From: an uncultured Acidobacteriota bacterium
Lineage (GTDB): Bacteria; Acidobacteriota; Terriglobia; UBA7540
NCBI GenBank assembly: GCA_963804995.1
Contig: CAWDSK010000006.1
Coordinates: 1,184,001 to 1,248,000, forward strand
Reading direction: 5' to 3'
Length of the DNA: 64,000 nucleotides
Shown here: positions 51,125-61,261 of the stretch, one piece after another
Layout of the letters: each line of letters begins with the position of its first letter
How positions within the stretch are numbered: the stretch's first letter is position 1
Program-made: the position numbers and the translations under genes
Notes under the pieces: model-generated
Told to the model about the DNA's origin: nothing
Database searches by the model: none
What the model saw: the letters and a program-made list of their open reading frames with translations, nothing else

Positions 51125-51202
51125 AGGAGTCAGAAGCTAGAAGTCAGAAGTGAGGAGCCGCGTTGTTTTATTCTGACTCCTGACTTCTATCTCCTGACTC
51201 CT
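51125..51202. repeat. Inverted heptamer hairpin of a second sequence family (AGRAGTC / GACTYCT)
   Basis: aggagtc agaagct agaagtc agaagtg ... ttctgac tcctgac ttctatc tcctgac tcct, between accB and accC. Confidence 0.85.
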
Positions 51203-51737
51203 ATTTTTTCCTCATGGGTTCAATCGCGAACAAGGTTTGCCCGTACTCGACCGGCTGGCCGCTTTCCACATAAACGCGCACGATATCCCCGGCCACTTCT
51301 GCTTCCAGTTCATTCATCAACTTCATAGCCTCAATGATGCAGAGAACCTGTCCCACCCGCACGTTATCACCGACTTTGACGAAGGGGGGCGCGTTCGGAG
51401 CCGGCGCTGCGTAGAAGGTTCCCACGATGGGCGACTTCATGACGAAGAGGCCCTCTGTCGATTCCACCGCAGAATCCGGAGCAGCCGGGGCCGGTGTCGA
51501 AACCGGAGGCGTCGGCGCCACAGTGGGCGCGGCTGCCGGCATGACTGATGTATATCCGTTCACATGGGGGGGGTTCTCATCGTGGCTATTTCCACGCCGG
51601 ACGCGAATCTTAACGCCTTGCTGCTCCATCTCAAATTCGGTGATTTCCTTGGTAGCCAGGAGGTCGAGCAGGTCCTGGATGTCTTCCAGATTCCAAACCC
51701 GCCCGGGGGTTGGGGAGTTGCGATTCTTACCCGGCAT
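51201..51737 (-). CDS. accB: Biotin carboxyl carrier protein
   Basis: SPIVGTFY, EAMKLMN. Confidence 0.95.
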   Translation of the reverse strand: MPGKNRNSPTPGRVWNLEDIQDLLDLLATKEITEFEMEQQGVKIRVRRGNSHDENPPHVNGYTSVMPAAAPTVAPTPPVSTPAPAAPDSAVESTEGLFVMKSPIVGTFYAAPAPNAPPFVKVGDNVRVGQVLCIIEAMKLMNELEAEVAGDIVRVYVESGQPVEYGQTLFAIEPMRKK

Positions 51738-51755
51738 GCTTTTGCTCCCGTACCG

Positions 51756-52856
51756 TTAGCTGATGATCCAGTGTTCCGTGGAGGCCGGTGTGAGGACCTC
51801 GGGGCCGCCCGGCCCGACGAGGACCGTATCCTCCACGCGGATTCCGCCCAGCCCTTCCAGGTAGACCCCAGGTTCCACCGTGACCACTGAGCCGGCTCGC
51901 AGGCAGGTCGTCTCACCCTTGCCCAGGCGCGGTCGTTCGTGAATCTCCAAGCCCACACCGTGGCCCGTACTATGGGTAAAGTACTGTGCCAGCCCCCGCC
52001 CCTCCAGAATCTGGCGGGCAGTAGAATCGACATCGCCCGCCTTGACTCCGTCCTGCACAGACCGGACAGCGCCGCGCTGGGCCTTGACGACCGCAGAGTA
52101 TAGCGTACGGACCCGGCGACTCGGCTCACCCAGGAAGACAGTCCGCGTCATATCCGCGGCATAACCGCTAACTATAGCACCAAGGTCGAGGATTACCAAC
52201 TCACTTTCTTGCAGTGGTTTAGAGGAGGGGTGTGCGTGGGGGTGGGCAGACCTGGGTCCCGAAGCGACGATCGTCTCAAACGCCACCCCCTCCGCCCCCT
52301 TCTTGCGCATGCGGTACTCGACTTCGGCGGCCAAGTCACACTCCGTCACCCCTGGTTTCACGCAGGGCAGGATGTCTTCGAGGACTTTCGCCGTCAGCTT
52401 TCCGGCGCTTCGCATCGTTTCAATCTCCCCCCTGTCTTTGACCACGCGAAGTTCCTCAACCAGGTCTCCCGCCGGCCTCAGGCGAAGGCTGCGACCGGCT
52501 TCGGTGCGGATCTTCTCGTATTGGCTACAGGTGAGATTCGACGCCTCGTAAGTGAGGTCCCGCGCCCGGGTCTTACCGAGCCAGACGACCGCCCCCGCCA
52601 GCGGGCCTTTCTTTTCTTCAATGACCTCCACCCCATGGACCTGCTCACGCGCCTGGAGCGTATAACGGGGGTCGACCCAGAGGAACCCCTGGCGTGGCCC
52701 GATCAGCGCCATGCCCGCGCTGCCCGTAAAGCCCGTAAGGTAGCGGATATTGACGAGGTTAGTGACCAGCAAGAGGGGGACCCGGCGAGCCTCCATCAGG
52801 GCCCGAAGCCGCTCCTGGCGAACCACAAATTCCGAAACAGAGTTTTCTGGGTGCAT
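51756..52856 (-). CDS. Xaa-Pro aminopeptidase (M24)
   Basis: RYLTGFTGS, DMTRT, HSTGHGVGLEIHE, EPGVY, RVED. Confidence 0.92.
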   Translation of the reverse strand: MHPENSVSEFVVRQERLRALMEARRVPLLLVTNLVNIRYLTGFTGSAGMALIGPRQGFLWVDPRYTLQAREQVHGVEVIEEKKGPLAGAVVWLGKTRARDLTYEASNLTCSQYEKIRTEAGRSLRLRPAGDLVEELRVVKDRGEIETMRSAGKLTAKVLEDILPCVKPGVTECDLAAEVEYRMRKKGAEGVAFETIVASGPRSAHPHAHPSSKPLQESELVILDLGAIVSGYAADMTRTVFLGEPSRRVRTLYSAVVKAQRGAVRSVQDGVKAGDVDSTARQILEGRGLAQYFTHSTGHGVGLEIHERPRLGKGETTCLRAGSVVTVEPGVYLEGLGGIRVEDTVLVGPGGPEVLTPASTEHWIIS

Positions 52857-52936
52857 GGGCAGAAATGAGAAGGAGGAGACCCCGGTCTCCTCCTTCCCTC
52901 AGCAATCGACCCAGTCGAGATCGTGCTGTAAAGATA

Positions 52937-55444
52937 CTAGATGGTCAGAATCTTCGGCGATACAAAGAAGAGCAGCTCCTGGTCACTGTCCTGGGCATTG
53001 CTGGTCTTAAACAGGTGCCCGATCACGGGGATGCTGCCCAACAGAGGTATATACGTGGCGGACTTGGTCCGGTTCGTCACAGTGACGCCGCCGAAGACCA
53101 CCGTGCCGCCGTCTGGAACCAGTACTTGTGTGGTCGCAGATTGCGTATTGATGTCGGGCCCAGCCTGCGAGACCGTCGCGCCTACGGAGTTGTTGGTGAC
53201 ATTAATGATCATGAAGATGTTGCCATCGTCCGTGATCTGGGGGGTTACCGACAACTGCAAGGTCGCATTGACGTATTGCACGCTGATGGTATTGTTGATG
53301 GAAGTCTGAATGGGAACCTGCGCGCCTTGCATGACCGTCCCCAGGACATTGTTCTGGGTCACGATGGAGGGACGAGATATGGTTTTCGCCTGGTCACGCT
53401 CTTCGGCCGCGGACAGGACAGCATTGATAAAGTAATTGGCGCCCGCGTTGGTAATGGCAGCAACACCGAATCCGCCCGCTGTGGCGGAGGTCTGGGTAAT
53501 GATAGGAGGCGGAGGAGTTAACGAGGTCGGAACCGGAATAGTGGCTTGGGTGCTCCCCCCTGTGCCGGCAGACGTTGTCGTGTGCGTGTTGAAGTAGCCT
53601 CCCGCCAGGGACGACGATAAAGTACGAGAAAAGTTTGCGGTGGCCAGCACAACCCGCGCCTCAATGGAAACCTGCCTTGCTTTCTTGTCCAATTTCGAAA
53701 TGATGCTCTCGATGATGGGAATCTGGGATTGGACATCCGAAATGATCAGGGTGTTGGCGCGGGAGTCCACCAGGACTGTGCCCCGGCGGCTCAACGCGCC
53801 GCCCCCCGTCCAGGTCTTCAGCAAAGCCGCGATCTCCGGAGCCTTGGCGTAGTTAATAGGCCGGAAGATCGACACAAGTGGGGCAGCGTCCATACGGGCG
53901 GCCGCCAGTTTCGTTACCGACTCCTGCTCCGCAGTCAGAGTTGAGAGTTGGGCTATCCGCAGGACGTTACCTTCCAGGATCTTCCCCAATCGGTTGTTCT
54001 TCAAGACAATGTCCAGGGCTTGGTCCCAGGGCACAGAATCCAAGACCAAGGTGACACCGCCATTTACGTTCGGATCGACGATGATGTTCAAGCCGCTAAT
54101 TTCATGGATCAACCTGAAAAAGTCTTTCAGGTCGACATCTTTCAAGTTCAGCGAGATAGGCTCACCCGTGTAGACAGGCGTCTCCTGGCCCGGAGTGGTT
54201 AGACTGCCGGGAGGAGTCGCCTGCGCCGCAAGCGGCTCAGCTTCTTTTCCGGGGGTCAGCGTGCGGGCAGCCCTTTCGGCCCGCAGGGCCTCCGGGGTCT
54301 CACTGGGAGTGGCGGGGAGTGCGGCCGCAGCCAATTGCCGGGCGCCCTTCTCCGTAGTGGGCAAGGTGCTCTGAATATCGGGTTTACCCGGATCTCTCGC
54401 CTCAACCTGCAGGGGGACCGTCACGGCGGGCTTGCGGTCGATGACTTCGGTCGCGGGGGCCGGGGGGAGGGTTGGGGTGACCGTTATCGGCACTGCCTTC
54501 ACCGGAGTCACCGCGGCCACCACAGAGGGCGCGGGCTTTGCCTCCGGCGTACTTACCTCCGGAGCAGGGACGGGGGTCTTCACCACGGCGACGGCGGACG
54601 CGGCCATGCCACGCGGGCGCAACTCAATGCGGACTCCCTCCGGAGTAGCGTGAACGTCGAAGGCCGGATCGCCATTCAAATCCGCCACCACGCGTACCAC
54701 CGGCGGAGTCTTCTCCTGGAACTGCGCGATGCGCACATCCCGCAGCACGAGGGTGTCGGCAGTGTAGGACTTCTGGCGGGAGGCGTTCTCGGCGCCTTCA
54801 ATATCCACCACCAAACGCGCCGGGGTCTTCAGCGTCATCACATGATAGGTTACGGTTCGAGAGGTTGAGACGTCCACGAAAGTCTCGCCCGTCTGACGCT
54901 TGTCCAATGTCACCTTCGAGACCACCACAGGTCCGCTCGCGGACGCGGGGGAAGCCACGGGGGCGGTTGCAACTGCCGGAGGGGCTGCGGGTACGGGGCT
55001 GGGGGAGGCCGCCACAGCAGGAATGCCAGGCGTGGTCTTCCCGAAGAGTAGCCGCAGGGTCGTGCCATCCCTCTCCACCACGAACGGCTCAACTCGCTTC
55101 GTGTCCACCTGGACGCGGGTCACGGGCAGGCCGGAAGCGTCCTGGTATTGCAGGAGCTTGTAGCCAGACATCAGCGGGTTCGACCAGAATCCGCTGCGCG
55201 GAACCCCGCTGGCCTTGGCGCCCACAATATCAATGAAAATTGTATCGGGAGCAGCCTGGGCGGCCTTATAGATATAAGGTCCGTCCACGCGCAAGACCAG
55301 CTCTTGTCCCAAAGGACTCGAGGAGGGAGTGACCGCCTTTAAGGTCGATAGCTCCCCGGCCGCCCAGGCGCGACCTCCTGTGGCCAGGGTCATCCCCAAC
55401 ATCAGCCACCCCACGGTCAGCAATGCCATCGCTTGTCTTCTCAT
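52937..55444 (-). CDS. pilQ: Type IV pilus secretin with AMIN domains
   Basis: PARLVVD (AMIN), YTGEPISLNLKD, VPWDQALD, PLLGSIPVIGHLFK. Confidence 0.92.
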   Translation of the reverse strand: MRRQAMALLTVGWLMLGMTLATGGRAWAAGELSTLKAVTPSSSPLGQELVLRVDGPYIYKAAQAAPDTIFIDIVGAKASGVPRSGFWSNPLMSGYKLLQYQDASGLPVTRVQVDTKRVEPFVVERDGTTLRLLFGKTTPGIPAVAASPSPVPAAPPAVATAPVASPASASGPVVVSKVTLDKRQTGETFVDVSTSRTVTYHVMTLKTPARLVVDIEGAENASRQKSYTADTLVLRDVRIAQFQEKTPPVVRVVADLNGDPAFDVHATPEGVRIELRPRGMAASAVAVVKTPVPAPEVSTPEAKPAPSVVAAVTPVKAVPITVTPTLPPAPATEVIDRKPAVTVPLQVEARDPGKPDIQSTLPTTEKGARQLAAAALPATPSETPEALRAERAARTLTPGKEAEPLAAQATPPGSLTTPGQETPVYTGEPISLNLKDVDLKDFFRLIHEISGLNIIVDPNVNGGVTLVLDSVPWDQALDIVLKNNRLGKILEGNVLRIAQLSTLTAEQESVTKLAAARMDAAPLVSIFRPINYAKAPEIAALLKTWTGGGALSRRGTVLVDSRANTLIISDVQSQIPIIESIISKLDKKARQVSIEARVVLATANFSRTLSSSLAGGYFNTHTTTSAGTGGSTQATIPVPTSLTPPPPIITQTSATAGGFGVAAITNAGANYFINAVLSAAEERDQAKTISRPSIVTQNNVLGTVMQGAQVPIQTSINNTISVQYVNATLQLSVTPQITDDGNIFMIINVTNNSVGATVSQAGPDINTQSATTQVLVPDGGTVVFGGVTVTNRTKSATYIPLLGSIPVIGHLFKTSNAQDSDQELLFFVSPKILTI

Positions 55445-56136
55445 CTGCCTTCTCCCGGGGCCGAACCCAGTTTCTTAACCACTTCACGAGTCGACACTCG
55501 TCCCAAAGGGTCGAGGACGTTCTCTTTGAAGTAGACTGAGTCCGGCGTGATCTTACTGACTACGCCGTTGTAGACCGGCTCGTTCTCATGGAGGAAATAG
55601 GCCAATCTCCTCTCGTTCGTGACCACGGCAATCATCTTGTTCGTGGTATTCTCACGCACGACCCCCTCGAGTCTGAGCTGCGAAACTATCAGGCCACGCG
55701 TCCCTGGCGGCAGTGCCCCCAGGGCGGAATCCGGAATACCCTCGGCCGTCCCTTTGCCAGGAGGCGGGGGAAGTTTGAAAGGGTCGCGTTTTCCTGAAGC
55801 CGTCTCGGTAGGGCCGGCGCTGGGTTTTTCCCCTTTACGCGGGCGTGCTGCCAGTGCCTTGCCGCGCGGAGCCGGAGTCACCGCGGATTTTTTCCCCGGT
55901 CGAACCGCGCCCACCGGGGGCGGGGGGGGCGCCGGAGCAGGGGTTATCTGAGCGGGCGGCGTGCTGGGTTTCGTCTGCGGCGCCAGATTGTTCCTGATGC
56001 CCTGCAACGCCCCGGTCGCGGGTTCTTGTCCTGCCCAAACCTGGAAGGCTCCCCAACCCACGAGGATTGCTGCCACAAGCAGGAAACGGGTTCCTCTTCG
56101 CATGCTTTCCAACCTTTGCTTAGCCATTGTCCTCAT
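55441..56136 (-). CDS. PilP-like pilus assembly protein
   Basis: KRDPF motif, LRLEGVV; position between pilO and pilQ. Confidence 0.7.
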   Translation of the reverse strand: MRTMAKQRLESMRRGTRFLLVAAILVGWGAFQVWAGQEPATGALQGIRNNLAPQTKPSTPPAQITPAPAPPPPPVGAVRPGKKSAVTPAPRGKALAARPRKGEKPSAGPTETASGKRDPFKLPPPPGKGTAEGIPDSALGALPPGTRGLIVSQLRLEGVVRENTTNKMIAVVTNERRLAYFLHENEPVYNGVVSKITPDSVYFKENVLDPLGRVSTREVVKKLGSAPGEGR

Positions 56137-56144
56137 CCTGCAAA

Positions 56145-56756
56145 CTATTTCTTTTGGGGAGGTGTTGCCACTTCGGGCAGAGGCTTGTTGTAATAAGTCG
56201 TCAGCGTGCAGTTCGCCCCCACCGTCTCACTGGTAAGAACATTGTAAGCCCCCATGCCTCCACCCGCCGGGGTTCCCAATGAGAGACCCGAAACACTTAC
56301 AATGCGTTGTTCATGCGCTAACCGTTCGAAGAAACTCAACAAACTGTAATAGGTTCCATCCAGCCGCAGGGCGAAGGGCATTTCCACATAGAAATCCTTG
56401 ACCGCTTGGGGCTTGGGTATAAAAGTCCGGACATTGACGTTGGTGTTCATCCCGGCGGAGAACACCGTTTTCATGAATTCGTCGGTCGCCTGCTCATCCG
56501 GAACAATCGACCGGAGCGTATCCAACTGCTTTTCCAATTGGGCAATGCGGTTCAGATACTCCGTCTGCTGCTGGCGGAAGGCTTCGTCCCGGTCATTGTC
56601 CGCCTTAAGCTGTTTCACTTGCTTGTCCAGGCTCTCCCGCTTCGCGTTGAGGGGCAGGACGTAGTACCAGAAAGTGCCGCCCGCCAGGGCGAGAGCCACG
56701 ACAACAAAAATAACTCCCTGAACCGGAGTGGGAAGGTCATTAAAGCTCTTAGCCAT
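56145..56756 (-). CDS. pilO: Type IV pilus assembly protein PilO
   Basis: Transmembrane segment plus coiled coil, FYVEMP...GTYYSLLSFF..L..EQRIV. Confidence 0.88.
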   Translation of the reverse strand: MAKSFNDLPTPVQGVIFVVVALALAGGTFWYYVLPLNAKRESLDKQVKQLKADNDRDEAFRQQQTEYLNRIAQLEKQLDTLRSIVPDEQATDEFMKTVFSAGMNTNVNVRTFIPKPQAVKDFYVEMPFALRLDGTYYSLLSFFERLAHEQRIVSVSGLSLGTPAGGGMGAYNVLTSETVGANCTLTTYYNKPLPEVATPPQKK

Positions 56757-56787
56757 CTTCGTTACCCTTTCCTAACTACGTTCTGCC

Positions 56788-57453
56788 CTACGTACGGGGA
56801 GCAGGAGGTGGCGCACCATGCGGGCCTCCGGGCGTTGCACCAGGCGCGGGAGGCGTGGTTCCACCCGCGGTCGGCGTGGCCGTTGCCGTGGGCGATTTGA
56901 AATGAACACTCACCGTGAACTTGTACGTCAGTCGGTTGTATTGATCGTCTTGATAGAACTGCACCAACTGGACGTTGTCGAAGGCGCCGGAGTTCTTCAA
57001 GTAGGCCAGAAAATTCGCCATGGAATCCACGGTCCCGGACTGCCCTTTCAGCTCCAGGCGCTCACCGCTGGGAGAGGCGGTGTACAGGTATACTTCGCTG
57101 ACGCGGTTCGCCACATTTCCCAAGGAGGTCATCAGCTCCACCGGCCCCACCCGGCTGTTCTGCAAGGCCTGGATAGTGTTAATCCGTGTCTTGAGGTCTT
57201 TGAGACGCTGCTGATATTTCAGGTTCTGGGCTTTTACCACTTCCAGTTCGGTCTGCCGGATTTTTTCCTTCTTCAGGGATTGTTCGAGTTCCGCGATTTG
57301 GTTGGTCCAGATTTTGTAGATGAAGCCGACGATCGCGAAGCTGACGATCAGGGCACCGACGAACGTCACCACCTGGAAGGCTGTGGACGCCGGCGGGCCC
57401 GGCGCAGCCTTGGTCGGAGGTGGCGCGACTCCCAGTAGGTTGATCTTAATCAT
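56788..57453 (-). CDS. pilN: Type IV pilus assembly protein PilN
   Basis: MIKINLL motif, transmembrane segment, coiled coil. Confidence 0.88.
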   Translation of the reverse strand: MIKINLLGVAPPPTKAAPGPPASTAFQVVTFVGALIVSFAIVGFIYKIWTNQIAELEQSLKKEKIRQTELEVVKAQNLKYQQRLKDLKTRINTIQALQNSRVGPVELMTSLGNVANRVSEVYLYTASPSGERLELKGQSGTVDSMANFLAYLKNSGAFDNVQLVQFYQDDQYNRLTYKFTVSVHFKSPTATATPTAGGTTPPAPGATPGGPHGAPPPAPRT

Positions 57454-57455
57454 GG

Positions 57456-58508
57456 CTAGTCAAAGCTCCTTAAAGCCAGCCCCACCGCAACACTCATACG
57501 GGGAGCGATTTCTTCCACGTAGCCGACGTCAAATTTCTTGGGATCAATGTTAATCCTTTGAAAGGGGTTGATGGTCTCCACGGGGATGTTGAACTCCGCT
57601 TTGAGCTGATCGACCAGACCTTCGATCTTGGCCGTCCCCCCCGCCACATAGATATGTTGGATGTTATCGGTCGAGGTGGTTTGCCGGAAGAAGTCGAAGG
57701 TCTTCTGGATTTCCAGCATCAGGATTTCCGTCACCGACCGCAGGTGGGGAAGCTTTTGCTCCTGCGTTACGTTGGAAACCTCCAGACCCTGCTTCAGCCT
57801 CTCGGCGTCCTCAAAGCTCAAATCCAGTTCCTTCTGCAAAGTGTCCGTGTACTGATTGCCCCCTACGGAAACGTCGCGGGTGAACAGCGGATTGCCGGAC
57901 CGGCCGATCACAATGTTCATGATGCTGGCGCCGATATTGAGGAGCGCCGCCATCTGGTCGTGGGGAATCACGTAGTTCATCTCAAACGCATTGAAGACCG
58001 CAAACCCGTCGTAGTCCACCACGTAAGGAATCTTGCCGGCCTGGCTCAACACATTGGTGTGGTTCAGAATCTTCTCGCGTTTAACGGCCACCAGCATTAC
58101 GTCGGTGCCGTTTCCCCCGGGCGCGGGCCCCAACGATTGATAGCTCAGGTTCACGTCCGTCATGTCAAAGGGGATGTGCTGCTGCGCCTCGTAAGGGATC
58201 GCACTGTAAAGCTCCTCATCGCTGGTGGCGCCCACGGTGACTCGCTTGACGATGACCGAGTGGCCGGAAACGGAAGTTGCCACGTTCCTGGTCTTGATCC
58301 GGTTCTCATTGAAGATTTTTTCAATGGCCGAGGAAACCGAGAGGGCGTCCATGATGGCGCCGTCGACCACCGTATCCTGCCCCAGGGGTTCAATCCCCAG
58401 GTTCAGGAGTTCATAGGTGTCGCCTTTTTTCCGTAACTCCACGGCCTTGACGGCGCTCGATCCGATGTCCAACCCGACCAGATTTTTCGTTTTTCCTAAC
58501 CCAAACAT
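57456..58508 (-). CDS. pilM: Type IV pilus assembly protein PilM
   Basis: VGLDIGSSAVKAVEL, EAQQHIPF, AGGTA, VAVGLALR. Confidence 0.92.
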   Translation of the reverse strand: MFGLGKTKNLVGLDIGSSAVKAVELRKKGDTYELLNLGIEPLGQDTVVDGAIMDALSVSSAIEKIFNENRIKTRNVATSVSGHSVIVKRVTVGATSDEELYSAIPYEAQQHIPFDMTDVNLSYQSLGPAPGGNGTDVMLVAVKREKILNHTNVLSQAGKIPYVVDYDGFAVFNAFEMNYVIPHDQMAALLNIGASIMNIVIGRSGNPLFTRDVSVGGNQYTDTLQKELDLSFEDAERLKQGLEVSNVTQEQKLPHLRSVTEILMLEIQKTFDFFRQTTSTDNIQHIYVAGGTAKIEGLVDQLKAEFNIPVETINPFQRINIDPKKFDVGYVEEIAPRMSVAVGLALRSFD

Positions 58509-58520
58509 TGGCAATGCTCC

Positions 58521-58742
58521 CTACCGAGCGGTGGCGCGCAGCCTGCGGGACGCGCGCTGTTCAAACTGCGCACTCTGTTTCTCCATCCAACGGTCCAGGA
58601 CGGTCTTCTTGAATTTCCAACGATTACCAAGTTTGAACGCGGGGATTTTCTCTTCGTATACATACTTATAAAGAGTCTCCCGCGAGATTCCGAGGTATTC
58701 GGAGGCTTCTCTGATATCCATGACCTCTCTGGTTTCTACCAT
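58521..58742 (-). CDS. Excisionase-like HTH DNA-binding protein
   Basis: VMDIREASEYLGISRETLYKYV..KIPAFKLGNRWKF. Confidence 0.85.
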   Translation of the reverse strand: MVETREVMDIREASEYLGISRETLYKYVYEEKIPAFKLGNRWKFKKTVLDRWMEKQSAQFEQRASRRLRATAR

Positions 58743-58828
58743 AGCTCTTAACCTTCCGTCGATTTCGCGTCCCAGCACGCTTTCAAAATCTGTCAGATGA
58801 AAAATGCTCAACTACCGTCATTGGTCCG

Positions 58829-58860
58829 CTTATACGCTCTTGACATTTCGGCTGTCAAGA
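58829..58860 (-). promoter_or_regulatory. Candidate promoter of HTH-pilMNOPQ overlapped by an inverted repeat
   Basis: TCTTGACA-N7-TGTCAAGA at 58838-58860; minus strand TTGACA-N18-TATAAG; AT-rich upstream region. Confidence 0.55.
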
Positions 58861-59295
58861 TAATTTTTGTTAGTTATAGGGGTTTCTTAGTATTTTCAGG
58901 GGGATTTATCATGGTATCTTAGGGAATTTACCGAAGATATTGTATAGTTGGGCGGTCGAGCCACAACATATGTGCCCACGAATTATTTTGTCCCTGGAGG
59001 GTGTTTTGGGCCGTTTTGACCGGTTTTTAGGGGATGATGTTAGTCCTGCCAAGGAGGAAATGGGCGTTTCTTAGGGGTTCCTCGGAATACCGAATTGCCG
59101 GTGATTTCTCATCGCAAACTCACTCCCAAAACGCGAACCTGCGGGGCGCTGAACTGAGAGTCGCCCCGGCGCTCCCGACATCACCCGCATACGCCACAAA
59201 ACTGCCAGAACCGTCCCTCACTCCGCCCTCGATGACTCTCAGTCCGCCCGGACAGCGTCGCGTGCGTCGTAGCGGACAGTCACGGCCAGTAGAGG

Positions 59296-59348
59296 CTTTT
59301 TACTTTTGCACTTTGCCTTTTGACTTTTGCATTTTGACTTTTGCCTTT
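59296..59348. repeat. Heptamer array, third family (TTTTGMM)
   Basis: ttttgca ctttgcc ttttgac ttttgca ttttgac ttttgcc. Confidence 0.85.
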
Positions 59349-59546
59349 CCTCTGCCTCTCCACCGCGCAGCCCTATCTGCTAAACCTCGTGGGCCAGAAA
59401 TTGAAATCATATCCCTCTCCGAGGGGAAGTCCGGAGGCAAAAAACCTGCCCGTCCGGCTCGACGACGGGTGGGGAGTCAGGCTCGGTGAGGGGTGAGGAA
59501 AACCGGCTCGGCATGGCACGCTCTCCTCCCCGGTTCTTGCGGGCAA

Positions 59547-59629
59547 GCGACTTTTTGTCATCACTGGGACATGTCCCACTTGTTGCTCTCCGCGGGGCAT
59601 AGCGGGCGAGGTCCCACTTATTTTCCAAA
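59547..59629. repeat. Dispersed ~80-bp repeat, copy 2
   Basis: Matches 17456-17536. Confidence 0.8.
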
Positions 59630-59842
59630 CTCCCTACGTTTTTCACCATGCCTTTTCATCAAGGGCTCCGCCGCGCTGCGCTTCTCGAGTTTCAACGAAG
59701 TCCCCCCAAGTTCGATCCCCGCCACTATCTCACCAGGTGCCAAGCCAAGATCGAACTTCGGCGGCCTTCAAAACAGACACGCGTCTATATATAGAGGATA
59801 GCGATAGGCAGTTCCCGGCCGAACCCTACCGGTCACCGCCGG

Positions 59843-60796
59843 TCAGTTGGAGGGCGCTCCGACCCCGCGGGCGAGTTGAAGATCCATATACCCCATCGCC
59901 AATTGCACGCCAATCTGCTTTCCATTCAGGCTGACGGTCATCTGCTCGTAGGGGTTCGCGTGGCCGGGGTTCTGAACCTGCCAGGCGAGTTGCTGGGCCA
60001 TCTTCAGTCCATCCAGAACCTGCCGCAGCGTAACCGCATCTTCCGGGGTCGCGCAGTTGAGCTTCAGGTCCGTAGTGACCTTGTCCGCGGCGTCGATGCT
60101 GTAAGTCAGGGACTCCACCTTTTCGAAGACCTTTGTCCAATCCAGCTTCAGGTTGTTTTGCGTCGAAAGCCAGCTCCCGAACCAATCCGCGACGGATGTG
60201 CCCAGGGCAATCCCCCAGATCGGCGCATCCTTGCGGGTATCCGCTAAGAGTTGCGTAAAGCGCACGTCGGAGCTCAGTCCGGGTGCCTGCCCGGCATGCG
60301 CTTCCAGGATCGAGGTCAAGTCCGCGAGCGGCCCGAAAGCCCCGAGGGAACTCTCCAGAACCACGACGCAGGTTCCCGCCAGGCCCGCCTGCAAGCAATA
60401 GGCCTGCTGACTTCCAATCGGCGTGGGCGTAAGGTTTTGCGCTGCCGCGCGGCTGGCCACCCGCGCCTTATCAAAACGCCCAGAGGCAAAACCGTAGAGG
60501 TCCATTTGTTTGTCGCCCAGCTTCCAGCCCGTCATCAGTTCGTCAATGTTGTCTTCGCGGATTCCGATCTCAGTCAAAGTCGATTCAAGCTGTTGGAGCC
60601 GAGGCCCCACGAAGCGTTGGTGCAAGCTCTGGTAGTTGGTAAGCTTGCGAAGCTTGGCCAGGCTCGAGTATTCCACGCGCAAAGTCTGGGTAGGGAAACC
60701 CGCCACGGCCGTATTGACGAAATCCTGACCGGCGCTATTCTGCACAACACTTGCCAGCGCTATCACGGCCAAAAGCCAAAAAAAGGGGCGTCGCAT
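59843..60796 (-). CDS. Secreted hypothetical protein
   Basis: Signal peptide MRRPFFWLLAVIALASVV...; GAGG RBS before ATG 60796. Confidence 0.75.
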   Translation of the reverse strand: MRRPFFWLLAVIALASVVQNSAGQDFVNTAVAGFPTQTLRVEYSSLAKLRKLTNYQSLHQRFVGPRLQQLESTLTEIGIREDNIDELMTGWKLGDKQMDLYGFASGRFDKARVASRAAAQNLTPTPIGSQQAYCLQAGLAGTCVVVLESSLGAFGPLADLTSILEAHAGQAPGLSSDVRFTQLLADTRKDAPIWGIALGTSVADWFGSWLSTQNNLKLDWTKVFEKVESLTYSIDAADKVTTDLKLNCATPEDAVTLRQVLDGLKMAQQLAWQVQNPGHANPYEQMTVSLNGKQIGVQLAMGYMDLQLARGVGAPSN

Positions 60797-60887
60797 GTAT
60801 GCCTCGTGACCAGGTGTGTCGGAATCGCTCGATGTTTCTGGGCGACACACCCCGTTAGGGAAAGAGCACATAAGCCTTCGGCTGACC

Positions 60888-61082
60888 TTAAACATCAATT
60901 TCGCCAGCCGCGCGCAATTCCTTCATCACCTCTTCAATCGGCCGGCGGGGCTCAGATTTGCTTGCCCGGGCGGCACGGCCCATCGCTAAGTCATCCATCA
61001 GATCTTCATACTCTTCGATAGGAAGAATGACAGCAGTCTTGCGCCCTTCAGCATCGGTCACGAATTGAACGTTCTTCTGCAT
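60888..61082 (-). CDS. Antitoxin-like small protein
   Basis: VQFVTDAEGRKTAVILPIEEYEDLMDDL is typical of type II antitoxins. Confidence 0.7.
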   Translation of the reverse strand: MQKNVQFVTDAEGRKTAVILPIEEYEDLMDDLAMGRAARASKSEPRRPIEEVMKELRAAGEIDV

Positions 61083-61147
61083 CAACAATTCCCTCACTTG
61101 ATTTTATCACGTCTGCTGCGGAACAGCGGCCATACCTTTGGCGTCGG

Positions 61148-61253
61148 TAGTGTCTCAGTTTGCTTGTCTTGTAGCGGCGGTCTCTGACCGCCGGCTTTTG
61201 ATTCAATAGATTCCGGCGGTCGGAGACCGCCGCTACAGCAAACTGAGACACCA
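61148..61253. repeat. Nested inverted repeats: GTAG REP doublet inside an outer 17-bp inverted repeat
   Basis: Outer tagtgtctcagtttgct/agcaaactgagacacca; inner tgtagcggcggtctctgaccgccgg/ccggcggtcggagaccgccgctaca. Confidence 0.88.
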
Positions 61254-61261
61254 CCTTGGCG

